Assembly: GCA_023460055.1 (NCBI GenBank)
Contig: JAEWRJ010000015.1
Span: 2,496 to 66,495, forward strand
Source of the DNA: Bacillota bacterium
GTDB taxonomy: Bacteria > Bacillota > Clostridia > Christensenellales > Aristaeellaceae
Length of the DNA stretch: 64,000 nt
Direction of reading: 5' to 3'
The notes below the pieces were generated by a model. The model was given only the letters and a program-made list of their open reading frames with translations, ran no database searches and had not been told where the DNA came from. The first letter of the stretch is position 1. The number at the start of each line of letters is the position of its first letter. A program made the position numbers and the translations under genes. This document shows, piece by piece, positions 1 to 9,414 of this stretch.

Positions 1-219
1 AGCTCGGAGGACATGCTGGAGCAAAACGACAACCAGCTGGACGGCATCATCAACAACCTGCCTTCCGACTCGGCGCAGCACACAGCTGAGAAACACATGT
101 CGATTGCGCGGGAACGCCAAGAGACAGCGCCAAGGCGGTCAGTGCTGGAGCAAATCAAGGGATCAACGCCGCAGCCTGCGCTGGCAAAGGCAGCCGCGCC
201 GCTGCAGGAGCCGCGTTAA
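1..219 (+). CDS. 3' end of an upstream ICE gene, product unknown (partial)
   Basis: The frame is open from the window edge to TAA at 217-219. No motif recognised. Confidence 0.35.
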   Translation, partial: SSEDMLEQNDNQLDGIINNLPSDSAQHTAEKHMSIARERQETAPRRSVLEQIKGSTPQPALAKAAAPLQEPR

Positions 220-284
220 TAGGAGCCATCCTGGATCATAATATCACGGTCTGCTAAGCTGTCAAAAACGAAAGGAGATACCCG

Positions 285-527
285 ATGACACAGATCATAA
301 AGCCCCGGAACCTGAGCGTTGATGAACAGCGCATGATAAGCATCTATTCCGCTGAAGCGGACACACGAGAGGAGACCATTGCGATGCTGGAAAAAGTGAC
401 CCGGCATCTGGAAGCGGACGAGGAGGAGCTGATGGCCCTGTGCCAAAGCACACTGGGCAAGCTGAGGGCTATGTCTGATGAAGAATACGCTCTTATTGAT
501 CCTTCTCCGATCATGTCAGGCATCTGA
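285..527 (+). CDS. Transposon-transfer assisting protein (TTAP-like small ICE protein)
   Basis: 80 aa with an SD (AAAGGAGA) upstream. The pattern LSVDEQRMISIY...LEK...LGKLRAMSDEEYALID resembles the small TTAP family of Firmicutes conjugative transposons, recalled from memory. Confidence 0.55.
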   Translation: MTQIIKPRNLSVDEQRMISIYSAEADTREETIAMLEKVTRHLEADEEELMALCQSTLGKLRAMSDEEYALIDPSPIMSGI

Positions 528-610
528 TATCCGCCTGAAACCTGAATAGACTTCACAGACAGCGGCAGGCATAGCGCTTGCCGCTGTCCGCTATCCAAAT
601 ATAAGGAGGG

Positions 611-3600
611 ATGCCTTTGGTCATCACCATGATGCGGTTTGTGGATATAACGAAGGATGCTGCCGGTGAACTGACAAGGAGTCACCGCAGCTGGACGGCG
701 TATCTGCAGGCAGCCGGACGTTTATACACTTTTACCTTTCCACAGCAGCTGGCGATCTATGCGCAAAGGCCGGAGGCGACGGCCTGTACTTCCTATGACG
801 GATGGCTTGCCCATGACCGGCAGGTCAAATATCGAGCAAAAGGCATTGCGCTGATGGATGACCATCATCTGTATCCGCGCTTGCGCTATGTATTTGACGT
901 ATCCGATACCTATGCCTTGGACCGTTCACCCGCTCCCACACCCTGGACAATATCGGAGGATGCGCAACCCGTGGTAGCCGAAGCCATATATGAACGTTAC
1001 GGCGTTAACCTTGGCAAGGGCCTCCTGGCGCAGCTGGACGCGCTGGCGCATCAGGAAGTTCAGGCGTACTGGGAAGATTTCCGCTCGGACATTCTCCGCA
1101 TCGTTGACGGTTCAGCGCTTGACGACTACGATCATATCAGCATTGAGCAGCGGTTCAAGGCAGCCGCAAGCGCAAGCCTGGCCTATACCCTGATGGATCG
1201 ATGCGGGCTGGAACCTGACAGGTACTTTGAGCCGGAGGACTTCGCCGCCGTGTATGACTTTGACGCAAAGTCGGTCACGGCGCTGGGATCGGCCATCAGC
1301 CGAATCAGCGGCGAAGTGCTCAGGGGCATCGCGGAGATTATCAAGGACGAGGGGCAACGCAAAAGCGCGGAAAGGACGGAAGACAATGAAAGAGCTGAGC
1401 TACAGGCGGGAAGGGGCGTATCTGGTACCGAATCTGATGCCGGACGCGCAGATGGCGGAAGCGATAGGCAGGTACGGCCTGATGCGCAGGACGCATTTGG
1501 AGAACAACAGGCCCCTGATCTACGACCAGATGATAATGGAGGGGACGCTGTACGCGCACCTGGCGGAGATCGACAAGCAGGCGGAGGAGCGTCTGGAACT
1601 GATGATGCGCCGGGGGAAGGCCCGGATGAACCTGAGCGAGGAACTCAAGGACAAAGACCCGATGGCCTGGGTAGGGCTGATGAACAACCTGAAAGCGCAG
1701 GCGGAAGAAGTCATTCTGGAGGATCTGATCTACAGCTGAACCAGCAACTGAACCTATTTGAATCCCCGGAGATGACGGCGGGAGCTGTCCAGCAGGCGGA
1801 GCGCGGATCATTTTCGCACTTCGCCTTTTCATATGCGGAGGAAGAGACAGACCATATCCTGCGGCTTGGCGGAAATGAGCGTCAGTCCAGGGAGCGGATA
1901 GCCGATCAGTACATGATGTCCAAGCCCTTGGAAGAGATCGCCGCGTTTCTGAGCCGTGAGTATGTGGGCGGCAGCGGGCTTGTCACGGATAAAGGCAGGC
2001 TGTCTGCCTGGTACGCAGAGGACGGCATTCATATCGCCAGAGGGAATGCTGCCCGGTATATCAGCTCGGCGCAGGTCATGACCTGGCAGGAAGCGGCCGC
2101 TCGAATCGGGGAACTGCTGGACGAAGGACGCTTCGCAAGCCATGCGGAGCTGGCCGAAGCGAACAATCATGTGCGCAGGCGGCTGGCGGATTCTCTTCTG
2201 TTTTTATATCAGGACTTGTCAGACACGGCTCACCAGTACGGACATCTTACATCCATAAAAGTCTATCATGCCATGAACCATGGCGAACGCACGGCCCGCT
2301 TAGCGGAGGCACTGGCCGAACCGCGGTTTCTCAGGGACTTCACGACCGAGTATCAGCGGTTCTTGAACCTGTATAAGGATCAGCCCGACTTGCTCCGCTT
2401 TCACCATCATCGGACGGACGAGCTGCCTGCCCGTCTGCGCGATCTTGCCCTGCCTCGGCAGGCCTATACAAGCGATATGGCCGATGTTCCGCAGACAGGG
2501 CGCTTCATCACCGAGGACGAAATCGACAGCAACCTTGCGGTGCGCGCAAGCGCCAAGGAAGGCAGCAAGGAGCGCATATACCACTACTTCATACAGAAGC
2601 GCTCGCTTAACGAACGGGCTGCCTTTTTGAAAGCGGAATATGGCACAGGGGGGTACAATCACGCCTTGCCGGGTTCGTTTCACAGCGGGATGGACTACAG
2701 CCCCAAGGGCATATACCTCAAGAAACCGGAGTGCCCTGATGTGGTGATGACCTGGAATCAAGCTGCCAGGCGCGTCGATGATCTGATCCTGCACAAGCGA
2801 TACCCCATCCCCAGAACGCTGGATGATCCTGCGCGGACGGTGACAGCGGACGATATTGACGAAGCCCTCAGGGAAGGGAACAGCAGTACAAACAGCCAAG
2901 ACAATGCGGTTGATATCATACCGGATATTCGGGACGATGAGGATGATGTTATTGACGTAGAGGCCCTCAAAGAAAGATTGGCTCAGCGTGGTTTTCATAA
3001 CGGTGAGTTCACTGACCCGGAGGCGCTTGACAACGATCCTTTCATTCGTATGGTTCAAGCAACGGTAGACCAAATCGCTGAGCGGGAGGACCGGCTTAGG
3101 CAGGAAGCGGAGAAAGTACGTGATCCGCTCACACCCCCATATAAAACAGGCGACAGCGTATACCTGGAGCACAAGGCGTTCGTGATCGAGAACATAAGCG
3201 ACCATCATGTCGAGCTGCGCAATCCCGCTCAGGTCTACCCCATCTTCCGAACGGAGAGCAGACAGCGCTTTGAACAGATGCTGTATCAGGACGGGCGCAA
3301 CGGGCATATCACGGAGTTCCTGCCTGCCGATTTGAACCTGACCGATAATGACCTGCAGGATGTCCTGACCTCTGAGGGCGGCCTGCTGATCCAGCGCGAT
3401 AAGGACTATATCTCCGGCTGGATTCGGTCGGGCGAGGGAAATACCCGCGTGGCGCAGAAATTGTCGGAGATTTATGCGAAGACTGCGGAAACAATGAACC
3501 TGGTCAGCGGCGAAACCATAGACTATTTTGCCTCGGCAACTGGGCTGGAGATAGACTTTCAAGAAGATTCGGTCATGAAGCTTTCCTTCTCATGGAGGGA

Positions 3601-6600
3601 GATAGCCGCTGTGCTGCGCGCCATGTATCTGCGGGAGCGCGACGGCTTCTTTCAGGAAGCGCCTGAAAGAGAGGCTGTGCGTCTGGCGGGGGAGCCTGTC
3701 TATAAGCTCGGCGATCGGGTTGGTTTTCCCGGTCATGACAGGGATATCAGCGGCACCATCGTCTATATCGGCGACAAAGACATTCGCATTCATACAGGCC
3801 CCTATTCCTGGAGCGATGAAGTGGTCAGCAGGGCCTTTTTTGAGGAAGCTATCCGGCAGGATGAGCGCAATCGGGCGCTCTTCATTGTTCCTGAGGACAA
3901 GCCCGCTCCTGTCATCACTGCGCAAACTGTTGCTGTCCATCCGGCCATCCAGAATGGTTTGCCCTATGATATTGTGTTCGAAACCCTTCACATCGATCAG
4001 CCGGAGCCGCACCTTGCGTCCATGCAGGCCAGGGACGCCGCGCAAAAAGCTGAGAATTACCGCATCACCGATGACGCGCTGGGCCGGGGGGGCGCTAAGG
4101 CGAAGTACGGCTATAACATCGAAGCGATCAGGACGCTCAAAAAAATAGAAGCCGAGGGGAGAAGCGCCTCGCCGCAGGAGCAGGATGTTCTCTCACGCTA
4201 TGTGGGCTGGGGCGCGTTATCTCAGGTCTTTGATAAAAATGCTCAGTCATGGGAAAAAGAATATCAGGAACTGAGCGATCTGCTCAGTCCAGAAGAGTTC
4301 AAGGCAGCGCGATCTTCCACACTCAACGCGCACTATACCTCTCCTGTGGTCATACGGGCCATCTATACGGCCATCGAAGCCATGGGCTTTGACGGCGGGA
4401 ATATCCTGGAGCCGTCGATGGGCGTCGGCAACTTCTTCGGCCTGCTCCCTGAGAGCCTGCGCGCGAGCAGGCTGTACGGCGTAGAGCTGGATCAGCTGAC
4501 CGGGCGGATCGCGCGGCAGCTGTACCCGCGGGCTGACATCACCATCGCGGGCTTTGAATCGACCGACAGGCGCGATTTCTATGACCTGGCCATCAGCAAT
4601 GTGCCCTTCGGGAATTATAAGGTATCTGACCACGCCTATGACAAGCTGAACTACAGCATTCACGATTACTTCTTCGCCAAGGCCCTGGATCAGGTGCGGC
4701 CGGGCGGTCTGATCGCTTTCATTACCTCCCACTTTACGCTGGATAAGCAGTCCGATGAGGTCCGCGCGTACATTGCCCGCAGAGCCGAGTTCTTGGGGGC
4801 TGTACGCCTGCCCAATACGGCTTTCCTGCGCAATGCCGGTACGGAGGTCACGAGCGATATTATCTTCCTCAAGCGCCGTGAACAGCCGCTTGAGATAGCG
4901 CCCGATTGGCTGCAGCTGGGACAAACTGATGAGGGCGTTCCCCTTAACCGCTACTTCCTTGAGCATCCAGAGATGGTGCTGGGGAAGATGGAGATGATTT
5001 CAGGCTTATACGGCAAGGAAGCCGCCTGCGTTCCCGTTCCCGGTCAGGAGCTGGCGGAACAGCTGCAGGCGGCCATGCGGAACATTCGTGGTGAGTATGA
5101 AAAAGCCCAGCCGATTGAGCAGGGCGATGCGGGGATACAGGATGACATACCTGCCGATCCGGATGTCAGGAACTATGCCTATACCATCCACAGGGGGGAG
5201 GTCTATTACCGGGAAAACGCGCGCATGCGCAGGCCGGAGATCAGCGCCAATGCCAAGGACAGAATCCGCGGCCTGATTGCGCTGCGTGAAAGTGTACACC
5301 GCTTGATCGATCTGCAGATGAGCGACGGCGCGCCGGAGGAGGGGATGCAGGCGGCGCGCAAGGAACTGAACCGCCTGTATGATGCCTTTTCCGGACGGTA
5401 CGGTCTGATCAACGACCGGGCCAACGCCAAGGCGTTTTCGGGAGATTCGTCCTTCTATCTGCTCTGCTCCCTGGAGGTATTGGATGAGGAGAACAGGCTT
5501 AAGCGCAAGGCTGATATGTTTACAAAGCGAACCATCCGTCCGCATCAGGTGGCGACTTCCGTCGATACGGCGACGGAGGCCTTGGCGATTTCGATTGCCG
5601 AACGGGCCGGGGTGGATATGCCCTATATGAGCGGCTTGACAGGCAAGGATGAGGATACGCTTTACCGGGAGCTGACTGGCGTGATCTATAAGGATTTCAT
5701 CGATCCTGTGAACGGGCTGTCCCTCTATCGAACAGCGGATGATTTCCTGTCGGGGAATGTCCGCCTGAAGCTTAAAAAGTATAAGGAACTTGTGGATCGG
5801 CTGCCGCAGGAGCACCATGACCTGCCTGCGCTGCGTGTGAATGTGGAAGCCCTTGAAGCCGTACAGCCGGCTGATCTGGAGGCAACGGACATTGAGGTAA
5901 GGCTGGGCGCGACATGGATAGATCCCGCTGTCATTCAAAAGTTCATGTTTGAAACTTTCCTGCCCTCGCCCTATCTTCGCTTCGGCGGCTTGGAGGTGCA
6001 TTACGCCCCTATGACGGCTGAATGGTCAATCTCGGGCAAAAATCATGTCAACTTCAATGACGTCAATGCCTATACCAACTACGGCACAGAGCGGGTCAGC
6101 GCCTATAAGATACTGGAAGAGAGCCTGAACCTGCGGGACGTGCGCGTCTATGATAGCTATGAGGATGAACACGGCAATAAGAAACGGGTGCTGAACCAGA
6201 ATGAAACGACTTTGGCGCAGACCAAGCAGCAAGTCATCAAGAATGCTTTTGTTGATTGGCTGTGGAAGGACGCTGATCGGCGGCGGGAGCTGGTTGAAAC
6301 CTACAACGTGTTATTCAACAGCCTGCGCCCCCGTGAGTATGACGGGCAGCATCTGCGCCTGGCGGGCGCTAACCCAGAAATCAGGCTGCGGGATCATCAG
6401 CTCAACGCCATCGCGCATATCCTCTACGGAGAGAATGTGCTGCTGGCGCATGAGGTCGGCGCGGGCAAAACCTTTGAAATGGTGGCTGCCGCGATGGAGT
6501 CCAGGCGTCTGGGTCTGTGCAGCAAGTCCCTGATCGTCGTGCCCAACCACCTGACGGAGCAGTGGGCCGCGGAATTTCTGTACCTCTATCCGGCGGCCAA

Positions 6601-9016
6601 TATACTGGTCGCGACCAAGAAAGACTTTGAAAAGAAGAGCCGGAAGCGTTTCGTTTCACGCATCGCCACAGGCGATTATGATGCCATCATCATGGGACAC
6701 AGCCAGTTTGAAAAGATACCGGTGTCCGCTGAGCGTCAGGAGCGCTTCCTTCAGGAACAGATTGATGAGATCAACGACGGCATTGAGGAGCTGAAGTCAT
6801 CGCGCGGTGAGCGGTTTACCATCAAGCAGATGGAGCGCACCCGAAAGCAATTGGAGGCCCGGCTGGATAAGCTGCATAAGGCTGAGCGCAAAGATGATGT
6901 CATCAGTTTTGAGCAGCTGGGAGTTGACAGGCTGTTTGTCGATGAGGCGCATCACTATAAAAATCTGTTCCTGTATACCAAGATGCGCAATGTCGCCGGG
7001 CTTTCCGCCACGGAGGCGCAGAAATCATCGGATATGCTGCTCAAGTGCAGGTATCTCGATGAGATCACAGGGGGCAAGGGGATTGTGTTCGCGACAGGTA
7101 CGCCTGTGTCCAACTCCATGACCGAGATGTACACCATGATGAGGTACCTGCAGCACGATACGCTTCTCAGGCATGGCCTGACGCATTTTGATGCCTGGGC
7201 CAGTACCTACGGCGAGACGCAGACGGTCATTGAGCTGGCTCCGGAGGGGACAGGCTATCGCGCGCGGACACGCTTCGCCAAGTTCTTCAACCTTCCTGAG
7301 CTGATGACGATGTTCAAGGGGGCAGCGGACATCAAGGTGAAGGATCAGCTGGATCTGCCTACGCCGGATGCGGTTTTCCATAATGTCATCGCGGAGCCGA
7401 CTGAGCATCAGAAGATGCTGGTCGGCGAGTTGTCAAAGCGGGCGGCTGAAGTTCACGGGAGGCAGGTCGATCCCAAGGAGGACAACATGCTCAAGATCAC
7501 CTCTGACGGCAGGAAGCTGGGGCTTGATCAGCGCATCATCAATCCGCTCTTGCCGGATGATCCCGGCAGTAAGCTTAACCTGTGTGTGGACAATGTGTTC
7601 AGGATATGGGATGAGTCGCAAGCCGACAGGCTGACGCAGCTGATTTTCTGTGATATCAGCACACCGCGCAAGAAGAGTTCAAAGGAGGAGAGTACCGCCG
7701 CGCAGGAGGATGAGCAGGGGACAGATGGCGTTGATGTGCGTGACTTGGATGCCCTGATGGATCATCATTCGGATACGGGCAATGGTTTCTGTGTCTATGA
7801 TGATATCCGGGCCAAGCTGATTGCCCGAGGCGTTCCCGCTGATGAGATTGCCTTCATTCATGACGCCAATACCGAGCTTCGAAAGAAAGAGCTGTTCGCC
7901 AGGGTGCGCTCCGGGCAGGTTCGTGTATTGCTTGGCAGTACCTTCAAAATGGGCAGCGGCACGAATGTGCAGGACAGACTGGTCGCCTTGCATGATCTGG
8001 ATTGCCCCTGGCGGCCGGGTGACTTGGAGCAGCGCGCCGGCAGGATCGTTCGTCAGGGCAACCTGAATGAACAGGTGCATATCTACAGGTATGCGACCAA
8101 CGGCACCTTTGACAGCTACCTGTGGCAAACAGTGGAGAATAAGCAGAAGTTCATCGGCCAGATCATGACGTCCCGCAGCCCGGTCAGAACCTGTGAGGAT
8201 ATAGATGAGACGGCGCTGTCCTATGCTGAGATCAAGGCCCTGTGCGCCGGGGATGAGCGGATCAAGGAAAAGATGGATTTGGATATGTCGGTGTCGAGGC
8301 TGAAGCTGCTGAAGTCGAATCACCTGAGCCAGCAGTTCAAGCTGGAAGACAGCCTGATGAAAAGGTTTCCTGAGCAGATCGTTCTGACCAAGGAGTATAT
8401 TGCCGGGTTTGAGCGCGATATAGCGGCCTTATCGTCGCATCCCTTGCCCGCAGAGGGTTTTGTTGGGATGAGGATAGGAGCGCTTGTCTATGAGGATAAG
8501 GAAAAGGCAGGTGTGGCCCTTCTGGAGGCTTGCGCGCGGCTGAGCGTCACGGGCGCTGAGCCCATCGGGCAGTACAGGGGTTTGGATATGTTTCTCGCGC
8601 TGGAGAACTTCGCGGCAACGTATCGGCTGACGCTCAAGGGCGCGATGGCGCATCCGGTGGAGCTGGGGCAGGATGCCAGGGGGAATATCACGCGCATCGA
8701 CAATGCCTTGGCGCAGGCGCAGGATAAGCTGGCGTTCCAAAGGGCGGCGCTGGATGATCTTTATATGCAGATAGAGTCTGCCAAGGCGGAAATAGGAAAG
8801 CCCTTTGCGCAGGAGGAGGAGCTGCGCGAAAAAATGGCCCGCCTGACGGAGCTGAATAGTTTGCTCAACATGGACGGCGCGCCTGCGCCCGTGCTCGCGG
8901 AGGCGGAGGAGGTCGTGGCGAAGTCTGTCAGACCGTCTGTCCTTCAGCAGCTGAGGCCGTCTGTTCCAGCTATCAGAACCGGGGAGGATCATAGGCCCCA
9001 TGAGGCGGTGAGGTAA
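611..9016 (+). CDS. Giant polyvalent conjugative-element protein: ArdC-N-like N-terminus, low-complexity linker, helical LPD-type modules, N6-adenine DNA methyltransferase and SNF2/DEAD-like helicase
   Basis: Single 2801-aa ORF. Methyltransferase motifs are ILEPSMGVGNFFG (SAM motif I) and ISNVPFG (NPPY-type motif IV). Helicase motifs are LAHEVGAGKT (Walker A), FVDEAHHYKN (DEAH box) and EQRAGRIVRQGN (motif VI). The N-terminus (SYDGWLAHDRQVKYRAKGIALMD) looks ArdC-N-like. The stop overlaps the mobC ATG (TAATG). Confidence 0.85.
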   Translation: MPLVITMMRFVDITKDAAGELTRSHRSWTAYLQAAGRLYTFTFPQQLAIYAQRPEATACTSYDGWLAHDRQVKYRAKGIALMDDHHLYPRLRYVFDVSDTYALDRSPAPTPWTISEDAQPVVAEAIYERYGVNLGKGLLAQLDALAHQEVQAYWEDFRSDILRIVDGSALDDYDHISIEQRFKAAASASLAYTLMDRCGLEPDRYFEPEDFAAVYDFDAKSVTALGSAISRISGEVLRGIAEIIKDEGQRKSAERTEDNERAELQAGRGVSGTESDAGRADGGSDRQVRPDAQDAFGEQQAPDLRPDDNGGDAVRAPGGDRQAGGGASGTDDAPGEGPDEPERGTQGQRPDGLGRADEQPESAGGRSHSGGSDLQLNQQLNLFESPEMTAGAVQQAERGSFSHFAFSYAEEETDHILRLGGNERQSRERIADQYMMSKPLEEIAAFLSREYVGGSGLVTDKGRLSAWYAEDGIHIARGNAARYISSAQVMTWQEAAARIGELLDEGRFASHAELAEANNHVRRRLADSLLFLYQDLSDTAHQYGHLTSIKVYHAMNHGERTARLAEALAEPRFLRDFTTEYQRFLNLYKDQPDLLRFHHHRTDELPARLRDLALPRQAYTSDMADVPQTGRFITEDEIDSNLAVRASAKEGSKERIYHYFIQKRSLNERAAFLKAEYGTGGYNHALPGSFHSGMDYSPKGIYLKKPECPDVVMTWNQAARRVDDLILHKRYPIPRTLDDPARTVTADDIDEALREGNSSTNSQDNAVDIIPDIRDDEDDVIDVEALKERLAQRGFHNGEFTDPEALDNDPFIRMVQATVDQIAEREDRLRQEAEKVRDPLTPPYKTGDSVYLEHKAFVIENISDHHVELRNPAQVYPIFRTESRQRFEQMLYQDGRNGHITEFLPADLNLTDNDLQDVLTSEGGLLIQRDKDYISGWIRSGEGNTRVAQKLSEIYAKTAETMNLVSGETIDYFASATGLEIDFQEDSVMKLSFSWREIAAVLRAMYLRERDGFFQEAPEREAVRLAGEPVYKLGDRVGFPGHDRDISGTIVYIGDKDIRIHTGPYSWSDEVVSRAFFEEAIRQDERNRALFIVPEDKPAPVITAQTVAVHPAIQNGLPYDIVFETLHIDQPEPHLASMQARDAAQKAENYRITDDALGRGGAKAKYGYNIEAIRTLKKIEAEGRSASPQEQDVLSRYVGWGALSQVFDKNAQSWEKEYQELSDLLSPEEFKAARSSTLNAHYTSPVVIRAIYTAIEAMGFDGGNILEPSMGVGNFFGLLPESLRASRLYGVELDQLTGRIARQLYPRADITIAGFESTDRRDFYDLAISNVPFGNYKVSDHAYDKLNYSIHDYFFAKALDQVRPGGLIAFITSHFTLDKQSDEVRAYIARRAEFLGAVRLPNTAFLRNAGTEVTSDIIFLKRREQPLEIAPDWLQLGQTDEGVPLNRYFLEHPEMVLGKMEMISGLYGKEAACVPVPGQELAEQLQAAMRNIRGEYEKAQPIEQGDAGIQDDIPADPDVRNYAYTIHRGEVYYRENARMRRPEISANAKDRIRGLIALRESVHRLIDLQMSDGAPEEGMQAARKELNRLYDAFSGRYGLINDRANAKAFSGDSSFYLLCSLEVLDEENRLKRKADMFTKRTIRPHQVATSVDTATEALAISIAERAGVDMPYMSGLTGKDEDTLYRELTGVIYKDFIDPVNGLSLYRTADDFLSGNVRLKLKKYKELVDRLPQEHHDLPALRVNVEALEAVQPADLEATDIEVRLGATWIDPAVIQKFMFETFLPSPYLRFGGLEVHYAPMTAEWSISGKNHVNFNDVNAYTNYGTERVSAYKILEESLNLRDVRVYDSYEDEHGNKKRVLNQNETTLAQTKQQVIKNAFVDWLWKDADRRRELVETYNVLFNSLRPREYDGQHLRLAGANPEIRLRDHQLNAIAHILYGENVLLAHEVGAGKTFEMVAAAMESRRLGLCSKSLIVVPNHLTEQWAAEFLYLYPAANILVATKKDFEKKSRKRFVSRIATGDYDAIIMGHSQFEKIPVSAERQERFLQEQIDEINDGIEELKSSRGERFTIKQMERTRKQLEARLDKLHKAERKDDVISFEQLGVDRLFVDEAHHYKNLFLYTKMRNVAGLSATEAQKSSDMLLKCRYLDEITGGKGIVFATGTPVSNSMTEMYTMMRYLQHDTLLRHGLTHFDAWASTYGETQTVIELAPEGTGYRARTRFAKFFNLPELMTMFKGAADIKVKDQLDLPTPDAVFHNVIAEPTEHQKMLVGELSKRAAEVHGRQVDPKEDNMLKITSDGRKLGLDQRIINPLLPDDPGSKLNLCVDNVFRIWDESQADRLTQLIFCDISTPRKKSSKEESTAAQEDEQGTDGVDVRDLDALMDHHSDTGNGFCVYDDIRAKLIARGVPADEIAFIHDANTELRKKELFARVRSGQVRVLLGSTFKMGSGTNVQDRLVALHDLDCPWRPGDLEQRAGRIVRQGNLNEQVHIYRYATNGTFDSYLWQTVENKQKFIGQIMTSRSPVRTCEDIDETALSYAEIKALCAGDERIKEKMDLDMSVSRLKLLKSNHLSQQFKLEDSLMKRFPEQIVLTKEYIAGFERDIAALSSHPLPAEGFVGMRIGALVYEDKEKAGVALLEACARLSVTGAEPIGQYRGLDMFLALENFAATYRLTLKGAMAHPVELGQDARGNITRIDNALAQAQDKLAFQRAALDDLYMQIESAKAEIGKPFAQEEELREKMARLTELNSLLNMDGAPAPVLAEAEEVVAKSVRPSVLQQLRPSVPAIRTGEDHRPHEAVR
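1386..1739 (+). CDS. tnpV: TnpV-like protein, ORF nested out of frame inside the polyvalent-protein gene
   Basis: 117-aa ORF in another frame of the 611-9016 gene, with ATG at 1386 preceded by AAGGA. MKELSYRREGAYLVPNL...IGRYGLMRRTHLENNRPLIY...LYAHLAEIDKQAEERLE...DPMAWVGLMNNLKAQAEEVILEDLIYS follows the TnpV family pattern as I remember it. The host frame is Gly/Asp/Arg/Pro low-complexity over exactly this interval. Confidence 0.5.
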   Translation: MKELSYRREGAYLVPNLMPDAQMAEAIGRYGLMRRTHLENNRPLIYDQMIMEGTLYAHLAEIDKQAEERLELMMRRGKARMNLSEELKDKDPMAWVGLMNNLKAQAEEVILEDLIYS

Positions 9017-9354
9017 TGGCCAACAGGCAAAGAGCTTGCCAGATAAAGTTCCGTGTGACTGAGGATGAGCTTGATTTGATCGAGCGGAAGATGGCACAGC
9101 TGGGGACGCGTAACAGGGAGGCGTATCTCAGGAAGATGGCCATAGACGGACTGGTGGTCAAGCTGAACCTGCCGGAGTTGAAGGAAATGATCTCTCTGCT
9201 TCGCCGGGCGAATCACAATATCAATCAGATTGCCAGACGGGCAAACGAGTCAGGCAGTATCTATGAGCAGGATATGGAAGATATCAAGGGGCATTTGGAT
9301 GAGATTTGGCAGGCCGCCAATCAGGTGCTGTCTTCTTTGGCGGCCCTGGATTAA
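9016..9354 (+). CDS. mobC: MobC-family relaxosome accessory protein (ribbon-helix-helix)
   Basis: 112 aa. IKFRVTEDELDLIERKMAQLG..NREAYLRKMAIDG...LLRRANHNINQIARRAN is the typical MobC (bacterial mobilisation protein) pattern. Confidence 0.8.
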   Translation: MANRQRACQIKFRVTEDELDLIERKMAQLGTRNREAYLRKMAIDGLVVKLNLPELKEMISLLRRANHNINQIARRANESGSIYEQDMEDIKGHLDEIWQAANQVLSSLAALD

Positions 9355-9360
9355 CACTGG

Positions 9361-9392
9361 CCCGGAGGGCAGGCGCATGCCTTCCCTTCGGG
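9361..9392 (+). terminator. Long GC-rich hairpin immediately after mobC (terminator-like, weak U-tract)
   Basis: CCCGGAGGGCAGGC-gcat-GCCTTCCCTTCGGG forms about 13 bp with one mismatch. It coincides with the left edge of the AT-rich cargo. Confidence 0.35.
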
Positions 9393-9414
9393 TGCTATTT
9401 CAGAAAGGAAAAGT

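Noticed and set aside
1227-1385. The upstream ATG (1227) given by the ORF track for the nested TnpV-like ORF
   Set aside because: The first 53 residues are Arg/Ser-rich off-frame-looking sequence. TnpV-like similarity starts at MKELSYRR (ATG 1386), which has its own purine-rich SD-like stretch.
2300-8323. Long minus-strand ORFs (2300-3562, 4247-4966, 5006-6001, 7679-8323 and others) inside the polyvalent-protein gene
   Set aside because: They lie antisense to a gene with clear methyltransferase and helicase motifs in GC-rich, stop-poor DNA. Their translations are Arg/Gly/Pro/Leu-rich with no motifs. They are typical shadow ORFs.
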